From Bdellovibrionota bacterium (GTDB lineage: Bacteria; Bdellovibrionota_C; UBA2361; CAKMMH01), in contig JBMNLI010000017.1 in assembly GCA_050952645.1 (NCBI GenBank), positions 192,001 to 256,000 on the forward strand: a DNA stretch of 64,000 bases, in the 5' to 3' direction. Shown in pieces: positions 54,229 to 64,000 of the stretch. How positions within the stretch are numbered: the first letter of the stretch is position 1; each line of letters starts with the position of its first letter. The notes beneath the pieces are model-generated. The model saw nothing but the letters and a program-made list of their open reading frames with translations. It searched no databases and was not told where the DNA came from. Both the position numbers and the translations under genes were made by a program.

Positions 54229-54792
54229 GTGGCATTTTGGAAAAAAGGAGATTCATCAAAAAATAATCTATCAAAAAATAATCTATCAAAAAACAATCTA
54301 TCAAAAAATGATTTAAAAAATAATTTAGAAGATAACGAGCAAGACGCATCTTCTAGCGACAATTATTCTAATAATAAATCAAACGATACTTTTGCGATTA
54401 AAATAACTAGTAGTAAAGAAGATTCAAAAGATAATTCAAAAGATAATAAATCACAAGAAATTACTACTAATGTAGTTCGTTCTGCATTAGGTGCAGGCAC
54501 AGTTATTCAAGGCAAGCTTTCTTTTGATACGCCAGTTAGCATCGATGGAAAATTAAGTGGGGAGTTATTTTCTTCCGAAACCGTTATTATAGGAAAATCA
54601 GGCGTAGTAGATGCGACTATCGACGTTCGCTCACTCGTAGTTTATGGAAAAATCAAAGGTGATATTAAAGTATCAGAAAAAGCTACCTTTTTAAATGGCG
54701 CTATAATCGATGGCTCTATTTCTACACCATCTTTAATAGTAGAAGAAGGAGCAACGATAAATTGCAAATTCGAGATGAAAAAAAAGAATTAA
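54229..54792 (+). CDS. Bactofilin (polymer-forming cytoskeletal protein)
   Basis: [13 protein letters not shown]...IDGKLSGE...[14 protein letters not shown] beta-helix pattern. Confidence 0.9.
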   Translation: MAFWKKGDSSKNNLSKNNLSKNNLSKNDLKNNLEDNEQDASSSDNYSNNKSNDTFAIKITSSKEDSKDNSKDNKSQEITTNVVRSALGAGTVIQGKLSFDTPVSIDGKLSGELFSSETVIIGKSGVVDATIDVRSLVVYGKIKGDIKVSEKATFLNGAIIDGSISTPSLIVEEGATINCKFEMKKKN

Positions 54793-54987
54793 AATATAAA
54801 GAACGAAATTTTTTTCTGTAATAGCTTTAAAGAAATTCTCTAAATACTCGCTTTTATTTGCCACTATTTAAATAAAAAAAACGATCTATTTTTTTACATA
54901 AATTTTTACAGAAATCTTTACATAAATCTTGGTGTTCTTTTAAGTTGCTATCAAGCTTTAAAGATTTTAGTTTTACTTATTTTTATT

Positions 54988-55060
54988 AGTTCTTTACGTT
55001 TTGTTTTAAAATTCTCAAAATAGCACTATCCTACCTACACGCCTAAAACGTGAGAAAACC
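54988..55060. mobile_element. Short degenerate MITE remnant
   Basis: AGTTCTTTACGTTTT...CCTAAAACGTGAGAAAACC. Confidence 0.55.
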
Positions 55061-55107
55061 TTTTTATTTCTACTATTTTGATTATCTATTTTGATTATTT
55101 GTTTTGA

Positions 55108-55442
55108 TTATCTTTTCTTAATCTTAGCAGCTTTACCACGAAGGTCTCTTAGATAATAAAGTTTTGCTCTTCTTACACGTCCTTTTGAAACGACCTCTAT
55201 CTTATCTACTCTTGGGCTATGGACAAAAAAAGTTCTTTCAACTCCTATGCCACCAGCGCTAATTTACGAACTGTAAAAGTGCCACCAGCTTGAGTGCCAC
55301 CATTTCTTTTTATTACAACGCCTTCAAAAATTTGGATACGCTCTTTATTACCCTCTACGATTTTTGCATGAACTTTTACAGTATCACCAGCTCTAAAATC
55401 AGGGATATCAGTTTTTGTATAATCTAAAGCATTTGCGTTCAT
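55108..55442 (-). CDS. rplS: 50S ribosomal protein L19 (single frameshift near 55262)
   Basis: [28 protein letters not shown]; then IGVERTF...[22 protein letters not shown] in another frame. Confidence 0.95.
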
Positions 55443-55622
55443 CTTTTTTACCTTCTTTCCTTTTTTCTTTTGAAATTCAAACTACTACTTATAACTACTC
55501 ACACTTTTTAAAATGCATATCAAAATAATATAACATAACTAAAAATATAGTAAATAGGTTTACCAAATGATTTTTTATGTTAAAATGTAAAATTGTAATT
55601 TTAAAATAACTATAAAATTTTT

Positions 55623-55964
55623 ATGAATACAAAACTTAAGTATAACATAATAAAAAGAAAAAAGAAAACTTTAAGGCCTAAAGAGGATCCTAAAAAAGAA
55701 GAAATAATAAAAAAAATTTCAGATATTTTCGATGAAAATGGCTACAAAGTGCGTAGGGAAAAATTGCATCAAGGTTTCGGCTGGAAAGCGATAAGTGGTT
55801 CTTGCAGAGTTAACGATGAAAATTTAATTTTTTTAGATAGGAAGCTTGGGCAAGACGATCAAATGATTTTTCTTATGCTACAAATAAAAGAAAAAGACCT
55901 TGGCATGCCTAAAGATTTGCTTTTAGAAATACCAGATAAATTAAAAAAGATAGCTAAAATCTAG
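55623..55964 (+). CDS. Hypothetical protein
   Basis: 113 aa; VRREKL...SGSCRV...IFLD pattern. Confidence 0.7.
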   Translation: MNTKLKYNIIKRKKKTLRPKEDPKKEEIIKKISDIFDENGYKVRREKLHQGFGWKAISGSCRVNDENLIFLDRKLGQDDQMIFLMLQIKEKDLGMPKDLLLEIPDKLKKIAKI

Positions 55965-56876
55965 AGTTAAATCTCAACAAGTGTTCTTTTGCTCCATTTA
56001 GTGTATCTCTAGTTTTATTATTTTTAGTTATCACTACCCTATATCTAATAGAGTAAATCCCTTTATCCATATTTTTATGTCTATATTTAACATTAGTATG
56101 ATAAGTTAAAATCTTTTTTCCAAGTTTAAAAAATTTATCTTTTACACCATTTCTTTTTAATTTTCTTATATGTATTAAATATTTAAATCTCGCATTATTT
56201 CTTTTTTTATTCTTTCTAATGGTAGCTTTTAAAACTTTAGGAAGTTTTATAAGTAGAGCATTTCTATTTTTTAATTTTTTAATTTCTGGCCTTGGCACTT
56301 CCATTCTTGGATATGCAAGCTTTATTGCATTAGAGTTTCTAGGCGTTTTAGTTGGTGCAGCGGTAGGCGTAAAACTAGGAGTAAAAGTAGGCGTAAAAGT
56401 AGGAGTAAAAGTCTGCGTGTTTGTAGGGGTAAAAATTATCGTGCTAATAGGCTCTATGGTAGGAGTATTAGTTTTAGTAGGAGTAGATGTATAAGTAAAG
56501 CTTGGTGTGCTAGTATTTTCTGGCGTTATAATATTAGTAGGAGTGAAAGCATACGTATTAGTATTATTTAAAGTAGGAGTTGGTGTAAAAGTAGCGGTAG
56601 CTGTAAGAGTAGGAGTAAGGTTAGGAGTTTTAGTAGGCGTTAGTGTGGGAGTTAGAGTAGGAGTTGGAGTTAGAGTCCATGAGTATCCTTTAGGAGTTTC
56701 ATCGCAACCGTTTTCTAATGCATTAAATCTTTTAATGTTAAAATCTGCAAAAGGATCGTCTTCTGGTTCATCATCTACGCAATCATCTAAGCAGTTTATT
56801 ATTCCATCGCCGTCCATATCATCAGTGTTTTTATAAGTTCTACCGTAATACTGGGCTTGCTTACCGTAATAAGTAA

Positions 56877-58737
56877 CCTTAACTTTGCAAAAAAGTTCAC
56901 CTAAAATTTTTTTTGTAATTTTTTATTTATTTGAGCAGCTTTTAATCTTACCTTATCAGCATCTATATCAAACGCATTTAATATAGTTTTTTGTCTTTTG
57001 CTTACTGCATAGCTCAGCTGATATAAATCCTTACTCCCTCTTACCATTTCAATTTTTTCAAGTTCTTTTAATGCGGCAGGAACATTCATATAGTTTGGCT
57101 TTTTTGTTAGCTTAGAAAGTTCTTCATTAAGTAGAATATAAATGCGATTGCGAATTATAAGTGCTATAAACTCTATAAAAATTTTAGCAGATACTGCCTG
57201 AGATGAATGAACTCTCATACTTTTTGAGCCTAAAAAAGTCTTATCAATAGCAAAAAGTTTCTCAGTTGCGTCTCTACCCTTGTAAAGTATTATAGCTTCT
57301 TTAGCACTCATTTCTTCCGAACTAACAAGACAAAAATACCCACATAAATTAAGAGCCTTTTGAATTTCATCTGCTCTCTCTTCTACTTTTCTTAACTTTC
57401 CTTGATTGTCATAACTTAAATCAAAAAATTGCTTATACGTTTGTCCAAACTTTGTATCTTTGCCAATATGGTTTTTTAAAAATTGTTCAAACTCCTCTAA
57501 TTTAATTTCTAGTTGCTCCCTCTCAAATGCTTGCTTTTCCGCACTAAAATAAACATGAAAATAACGCTCCTTACTATCATCATCATATAATTTTGATTTC
57601 ACTGTAGTGCCATATACCTTGTATAAGCGAATACTACAGTCTCTTTTAGACTCAAATGTATTCCTGTTTTCTTCTACTAATTTAGAAACTAAAGCCTTAC
57701 ACCCTTTTACCATCAATAAAAAAGAAAAACCACTATTATCCATATATTGAATATTATATTTACTAAAATAACCACGGTCTAAAATAAATCCTATCTTTTT
57801 ATATCCATACTCTATAACCTTATCTGCCATATGAGTAAATTGAGAAACGTCTGTAATAGAACCAGGATACTCTTCGTAAAATAACGGAACTCTATTCGTT
57901 TGATCAAAGGCAATGGATAAATTAAATACTGGGAATCCTTTTTCGTCTTTCGCTTTACCAAACTCTACTAATTCAACATCACCTGCTTGACAGTTCTTAT
58001 TAGTCGAATCATATGAAACGTAAACCATTTGATTGCGATCTTTTCCCTTGTTCCAATCGTCAAGAAAGTTAATTATCTGCTCTTTGCTAACAGAAGAAAG
58101 AAAACGACTTATGGTAGAATCACTATAGATGCGCATACCTTTTGTAAAGAGTGGATGAGAAAAGGCGTAGTCTGGATAATACTGACTGACATTCTCTTCA
58201 TTTACAATAAAATAACTCGCTAAATCAAGTATAAGTTCACTACGTTCACCAAAATGTTTTTTTTAGTAAAAAAGGCAAATTAAATTCATTTGCTACTTTT
58301 TCAATCACCAAGTGGGGGACCTATACGAAGACAACAACTGCGTGAAGCGTCTGAAAATTTCTCGGGCATAGGGGCATCTGGAAAATAATTACTATAATTG
58401 TCATTAGGGTACATAATATCATCTCTACCATCAACTAATTTTCCAATAACGCTACGCTTTGGATTAGTATACTGTTTCTCTTTATTATAAGTGCGATCGT
58501 ATTCAAAAAGCACATATTTTGCTTCCCCTTTTTCTCTTATAATTATTTTATTTCTTTGCTCTGGTAATGGAACTGTTCGATTGTAATTCATAAAACCTCC
58601 TTTAGGTTAACGGTTGCACTAAAAGTATAGCATAGTAAATACACAGATGCAAGTAAAAAAAATGCATAATTTAACGATTATTTCTTATTTATTTTAATTG
58701 ATTATTTGTTTAGGTGAACTTTTTTGAAAAGTTAAGG
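56877..58737 (-). mobile_element. Insertion sequence, IS1634-like, 1861 bp
   Basis: 29-bp TIR CCTTAACTTT(G/T)CAAAAAAGTTCACCTAAA with one mismatch; 6-bp TSD AAGTAA (56871-56876 and 58738-58743). Confidence 0.92.
56901..58591 (-). CDS. DDE transposase (IS1634-like), frameshifted in the 58136-58330 segment
   Basis: YDST, FGKAKD, YPGSITD, DRGYFS, YKGRDATEKLFAIDK (Y-R-E-K signature). Confidence 0.88.
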
Positions 58738-59153
58738 AAGTAAAAGTAGCATTATCATCTAGATTAGGACATTGGTCGTAAGGGTCTAAAACTTCATCTC
58801 CATCGTGATCGTTTATATCGCAATAATTTTCAGTAAGAGTTTTACATCTATAAACTCCCTTTCCTATAACATCATAAGTAATGCCACCGATTACTATTTC
58901 GCCAGTTTTTTCCGAACACTCTTCCCCTATAAAAAAATCTTCATCGATACGACCATCGTAATCATTATCTAAACCATCACAAAGTTCAGGCTGTGGCTCA
59001 GGCGTATACGTTGCCGTGTTAGTAGGTGTATTAGTCGGCGTGTTAGTAGGTGTATTTGTTGGCACCGTCGGCGTATTTGTAGGAGTATTTGTAAAAGTAT
59101 GCGTGAATGTAGGAGTAAAGGTAGGCGTAAAGGTAGGCGTTGATGCGGCGCTA

Positions 59154-59405
59154 GATGAACTACTATGAAAAGAAGTAGTGCTACTACTGCTACTACTAGG
59201 AGTACCATTTGGTGAAGAACTACTATGAAAAGAAGTAGTGCTACTACTGCTACTACTAGGAGTACCATTTGGTGAAGAACTACTATGAAAAGAAGTAGTG
59301 CTACTACTGCTACTACTAGGAGTACCATTTGGTGAAGAACTACTATGAAAAGAAGTAGTGCTACTACTGCTACTACTAGGAGTACCATTTGGTGAAGAAC
59401 TACTA
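59154..59405. repeat. Perfect 60-bp coding tandem repeat, about 4.2 copies
   Basis: Identical sequence lines at 59161, 59221, 59281 and 59341; encodes SSSSPNGTPSSSSSSTTSFH on the minus strand. Confidence 0.97.
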
Positions 59406-61689
59406 GATTGCACATTACCTTGCGAGCTAGCACTACTACCACCTCCAAAAATAATTATACCGTCTCCATCCATATCTCCAAACCCTAAACCTTTCATCAT
59501 GCGTTTACCGTCTGAAGAAAAATCTTCATCTATTTTTCCATCACAATCATTATCTAAGCCATCATAAATTTCTAAGGTTTTCGCATCCATATTCGCTTGT
59601 GCATCACACAAAACAGGACTATCAGATATTAAACCAGCACAATAATATTTTCCATTTTCAAGGCATACTCCAAGTCCAGCAGAGCAACTTAAATTTATAG
59701 AAGAATACAAACTATCTTTACAACAAGCAGGCGTATTTGCACTACAAACTATCAGAGGCTCTTCTGTGTCTCCATTGTAGCAAGTTAGCACTCCCTCTCC
59801 TAAACATTGATTAGCTAAACCATTATCGCACTCTTTACCTAAGTTTGCATAATTCCAATGCGTAGAACAATTAGTAGGAAACATTAGAGCTTCCCCTCCT
59901 AAGAATATCTGAGTAGGCGTTTGTCTAGAAACTTTAGTGCCATCTCCAATTTGTGCTAAAGTATTATTTCCAGTGCTGTAAAGTTTTCCAACCACATTTA
60001 TTATATATAAATTATTGCTAACATTTATAATACGTTTTACATCACTAAAAATAAATTCAGGTGTTTTTTGATTAATAGTAGTATTATTCCCAATTTGTCC
60101 AAAATCATTTTTTCCAAAACAGTAAAGATTATTATCACTCGCAACTACGCAAGTAGAATTGCTAGCAAGCGACATACTATAAACACCGTCTAGGACTTTA
60201 TAAAACGGACTAGAAACGCTATCCCCTTTTCCTATTTGTCCGTAATTATTAGCGCCACTACAATAAAGCTTATTCTCGTTAGTTATAGCGCAAATATGGT
60301 ACTCTCCTATTGAAACTTGTTTTATATCATCTAAAACTTTTAATGGTGCTGAAACTTTGCTATCTTCTTTTGCGTCGATCGGCTTATAAGTAGCATTATT
60401 ATTTCCCCAACAATAAAGCGTTCCGTCTACTTTTATAGCACAAGTATTAAGGCTAGTTATACTAACATTGCGGACATTTTCAAGCACTTTCTTAGGAGTA
60501 TTCACGGAAGCGCTTAAAGTTCCGCTACCTACCTGACCAAAGCTATTTCCTCCCCAACAAAAAAGATCTCCATTAGTTTTAATAGCACAAGCGTGCGCAA
60601 CTGAAGAATTTTGCAAAGACACATAACTTACATCATCTAAAATTTTAATTGGAGATACCACTCGAGAACTAAAAGTGCCATTTCCTACATTTCCAACTTC
60701 ATTATAGCCCCAGCAATATAGCGCTCCTAAAGTAGTTATAGCACATGTAGTCCACCCTCCTACTGCCACTTGGCTTATATTAAGCTTAGGAAGTATCAAC
60801 TTAGGTGTAGTCTCGTAGGTAGTATCCCCCGAGCCTAATTGACCATAATCATTTTTTCCAAAACAATAAAGCTTGCTATCTGAAATAGCACAAGTATGAT
60901 CATAGCCTACACTAACGGCACTTACATTTGTAAGCCCCACAATTTTTTTAGGAGTCGATACGTGATAATCTTTAGATGTTATTTGACCATGTTCATTTAA
61001 CCCCAGCAGTAAAGTTCTCCACTTACAGAAATAGCGCAAGTAGTGCTCCCATTACTTGCTACCTGCTTTACGCTATCTAATATAACGCTATCTAATATAG
61101 GGGCTGATGCAAAACAAGGACTATTAGAAAATATTATGATAAATAAAAAGATAAATAAAAATAAGAAAAAATTAGAAAGAAAACTAGAGAATCTTTTTAT
61201 AGTTTCTAATGGTTTTCTACTATATATTTCCTTACTATATATCTCGTTATATACCTTATCATATATAGAGGGAAAAAAATTCAATAAGTTATGTTCTTTT
61301 ATGATAAAATTCATAAATTAAAAATAATCAAATAAATAAAAAATAAATAAATATGCCTACGCATAAAATAAAAAATAAAATAAAAAACTTTAAAATTTAC
61401 TTACTTTTTTAAAAATAAATACAAATCAATAAATCGATATTATCGATACTTTGATGTAAAAAGCGAGTTTTCGTTGCTATCACTTAAATTTTTTTTTAAT
61501 TTTTTATAATTTTTTTGATTATTTAGGCGTTTTTTTAAGAAAATTTATACTTTTTTACCTCTATTTTAGCATTTTTTTTAATTTTTATATTTTTCAGTGA
61601 ATTTCAGTGACATCTAATTATGAGCCAATAGGATGATAGCTTTAAAAACTTTAGGAAGTTTTATAAGGAAGAGCTTTTTTGTTTTTAAT

Positions 61690-62025
61690 TTATATTAACG
61701 GTTGTTTTCTTTCTTGATTTAATTTTTCAGCCGACAATCGCACGTTAGCAATATTTTCATAAACTACATCGCCCGTATCTTCTGCATCTTGTATAACGGC
61801 AGACTTTAATGCTGAATAATTAACTATGCCTAGTCTTTGATTTTCAGGAACGAATATTTCACCACATGCTTTACATTGTGCTACTACCACTATTCCAGCA
61901 AAAGTCACCTTTGAAAGGTCTGTTAAAAAATCACTATCATCGGCTCCCTTTAACCCACAATAAGGACAAGTAATCTCATCTATAAACGTTTCCGCTAAAC
62001 CTTTTAACCTAAACTTTATCGCCAT
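61690..62025 (-). CDS. Zinc-ribbon-like hypothetical protein
   Basis: CPYC and CKAC pairs. Confidence 0.75.
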   Translation of the reverse strand: MAIKFRLKGLAETFIDEITCPYCGLKGADDSDFLTDLSKVTFAGIVVVAQCKACGEIFVPENQRLGIVNYSALKSAVIQDAEDTGDVVYENIANVRLSAEKLNQERKQPLI

Positions 62026-62082
62026 ACGTAAATATTTCCTCCCTATCTTGCCTTAAGTTTAACCTAAAAAAAAATCTCTACC

Positions 62083-62433
62083 TCACACCATTTCAAACAC
62101 ATTATCTAACATAAGTAGCTTAAAAATCTCATCGACAAAACCACTAGCATCTTTTATAACTAATTTTCCGTTTTCTTCTTTTAATTTTTCATTACACGAT
62201 AGAATCTTTCCTATACCATAACTATTTATCACTTCGACTTGAGACATATCTAATACGATATTTTTCTTGCCTTTCTCAAGAAGATTACTAAAAGCTTTCG
62301 TTAAGGCCTCACCGCTTTGCTCCGAATCTAAATCCTCGGTTATCTTAATAACCGCTTCACCTCTAGGCGATATTTCCGTTAGAAACTCTAGATCTATATA
62401 CTTATTATTCATAAGTTTTATATCGGATATCAA
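62083..62433 (-). CDS. STAS-domain anti-sigma-factor antagonist
   Basis: IVLDMSQVEVINSYGIG, VDEIFKLLMLD. Confidence 0.88.
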   Translation of the reverse strand: MISDIKLMNNKYIDLEFLTEISPRGEAVIKITEDLDSEQSGEALTKAFSNLLEKGKKNIVLDMSQVEVINSYGIGKILSCNEKLKEENGKLVIKDASGFVDEIFKLLMLDNVFEMV

Positions 62434-62570
62434 CGCTTTAAACTTAATATTTTTTAATATCTTTCCTTACCATTTATTTATAATTTATTTATAATTTATT
62501 TACCGCTTATTATTTACGGTTTATTTGCTACTTATTATTACAAAATTAAAGCTAACTATATCTTTAAACT

Positions 62571-62597
62571 TAAGATTTTTCTTTATTTTCCCGAATA
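62571..62597 (+). promoter_or_regulatory. Sigma28-like promoter upstream of the HDOD gene
   Basis: TAAG-N15-CCCGAATA. Confidence 0.5.
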
Positions 62598-62692
62598 TTT
62601 ACACAAGACTTCAAGGATAAAAAACAAGGATAAAAACAAAAAAATAATGATAAATAAAAAATAAACTAAAGAATTTTCAAGGATTTTTTATT

Positions 62693-63634
62693 ATGAATGA
62701 TAACTCTTTACAAAACAGTCAAGAAAATAACCAAACGTATAACCAAGAAGAATTTAAGACTGAACATGAAATCGCCGTCGATTGGAGAGAAATCCTAACT
62801 TGGGTCGATGACTTACCACCGATGCCACACGTAGCCTCTAAAGTTATAAACTTACTAAGTTCTCCTAATACGACATCTGCCGAGCTAAATGAGTTTTTAA
62901 AAAAAGACACAGCATTAAGTAGTAAAATTTTAAAAATAGCTAACTCTGCACTATTTTCTAGACAACGAGAAATTACAGGCATAAATCAAGCCGTAATGCT
63001 AATAGGATTTCAAGCGCTAAAAGGTATCGTCGTTGCAGCAACTATAAGACAAATGAATCAGACATTAAGTTCAATACAAAAAATTATTTGGGATCACAGT
63101 ATCGCTACCGCTATGTTTTCTACTAATATTTCAAAATCTTTAAAAAAACCTTACTCAGATGAGATGTTTCTTTTCGGTATGCTCCATTCGTTAGGACATT
63201 TCGTTATTTTAAATTATAATGAGACTAAAAATCGATTTAAGGATGTTATGAACCTTATAAAAGAAAACTCTTGCGACTACTGCACGGCAGAACAAGAAAT
63301 TTTTGGATTTACACACCCTCTTATAGGTGCGCTAGTAGCTAAGAAATGGAATTTTTCAGCAGAAATTTGTCAAATAGTTCTTCATTACGCTAGCTCGCTA
63401 GAAAGTTTTAAAGAAGAAAACGTGCAAACTGAAAAAACACTTATACTAAAATTATCAGATATCTTATCTCACACTTTAAAATTAGGAAGCCCTGAAGGAT
63501 ACAAAGACTTAACTAATGATATAGTGCCAATATGTAAACTTATAGGTTTTAATAAAGATACTCTAAACGAAGACTTGCAAAATATCGTAGAACTTACCGA
63601 AAAGCAATACGAAGCTGAAAAAAGCATTTATTAA
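62693..63634 (+). CDS. HDOD-domain signal transduction protein
   Basis: LPPMP, DTALSSKILKIANSALF, WDHS, GMLHSLG, FGFTHPLIG...KWNF. Confidence 0.93.
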   Translation: MNDNSLQNSQENNQTYNQEEFKTEHEIAVDWREILTWVDDLPPMPHVASKVINLLSSPNTTSAELNEFLKKDTALSSKILKIANSALFSRQREITGINQAVMLIGFQALKGIVVAATIRQMNQTLSSIQKIIWDHSIATAMFSTNISKSLKKPYSDEMFLFGMLHSLGHFVILNYNETKNRFKDVMNLIKENSCDYCTAEQEIFGFTHPLIGALVAKKWNFSAEICQIVLHYASSLESFKEENVQTEKTLILKLSDILSHTLKLGSPEGYKDLTNDIVPICKLIGFNKDTLNEDLQNIVELTEKQYEAEKSIY

Positions 63635-63766
63635 AAATAGATTAAAAAAAATAGATTAAAAAAATTAAAGGATAACAAGAAAAATCCTTAAAGGTTTTTA
63701 TCTTATATTTTCACTTTTTATTTGCTTTTTATATTTTCACTTTGTCTTTCAATTTGTTCTAAAGTT

Positions 63767-64000
63767 TTATCGCTGAGTTTCATCGCTAGGATTTTCTTTC
63801 TCCCCTTCCTTTACCTCTTCTTCCTTAACCCACAAAGGATGTCTAGTAGAATACTTAGGATCATCAAAAATAACTTGCACGCCTTTTCTATTTCTTAAAT
63901 TTACAAACAATGGAGCTTTTAAATTTGCCGTAGTCGAACTCAACTCTTTTCTAACCGTAACTATAATTAAAATTGCGTATTCGTCATCTTCTCTAAAATC
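63767..64000 (-). CDS. fliW: Flagellar assembly factor FliW, C-terminal part (runs off window end)
   Basis: Manual translation IIVTV...TTANLKAPLFVNLRNRKGVQVIFDDPKYSTRHPL. Confidence 0.88.
   Translation of the reverse strand, partial: DFREDDEYAILIIVTVRKELSSTTANLKAPLFVNLRNRKGVQVIFDDPKYSTRHPLWVKEEEVKEGEKENPSDETQR

Larger units (their letters stand above)
55954..61314 (-). pseudogene. Large exported surface protein (RCC1/BLIP-II-like repeats, Cys/Asp-rich repeats, Ser/Thr/Pro linkers, basic C-terminal domain), interrupted by an IS
   Basis: Signal-like hydrophobic segment; repeated TCAI...LYCWGxNxxGQ; CDGLDNDxDGxIDEDF and DxDGD motifs; removing the IS and one TSD gives in-frame NATFT-YYGKQ...DDMDGDG; extra frameshift near 61003. 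Confidence 0.88.

Noticed and set aside
53303..55442. kdsA and rplS as true pseudogenes or programmed frameshifts
   Set aside because: Full-length and otherwise intact; the indels fall in short homopolymers like the others in the window, so they are most likely sequencing errors
58969..59448. 159-aa hydrophobic repeat ORF
   Set aside because: Alternative frame of the 60-bp Ser-rich repeat

Overview
AT-rich Gram-negative bacterial chromosome segment. The gene set looks deltaproteobacteria/Bdellovibrionota-like (inference). It is mostly housekeeping genes (dnaB, lipB, rsmD, feoB, rpe, plsY, accA, miaA, pyrR, pyk, lon, birA, rlmN, ndk, infA, kdsA, rplS) plus signalling and flagellar-regulon genes (three sigma factors, two hybrid kinases, STAS, HDOD, fliW). 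The standout is a ~3.5 kb tract with no credible ORF after dnaB (about 3676-7170). It holds four same-strand units, each with a TTGACT promoter (three with an exact 16-bp spacer and extended -10), a 300-900 nt run of back-to-back helices and multi-way junctions, and a terminator-like end. This reads as a tandem array of large structured non-coding RNA genes that matches no RNA class I recognise. Also present: a MITE family with shared terminal inverted repeats (one subfamily carries an inverted DnaA-box pair), a class IIC group II intron inserted 4 nt after the MITE hairpin, and an IS1634-type element interrupting a large RCC1-repeat surface protein gene. An unannotated sigma28-driven gene resembles only the flagellin C-terminus, and a Ski2/HelY-like helicase appears split into two genes. 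Many single-base frameshifts, including in rplS and kdsA, suggest assembly indel errors rather than true pseudogenes. All pairings were found by eye; no folding or database search was run.
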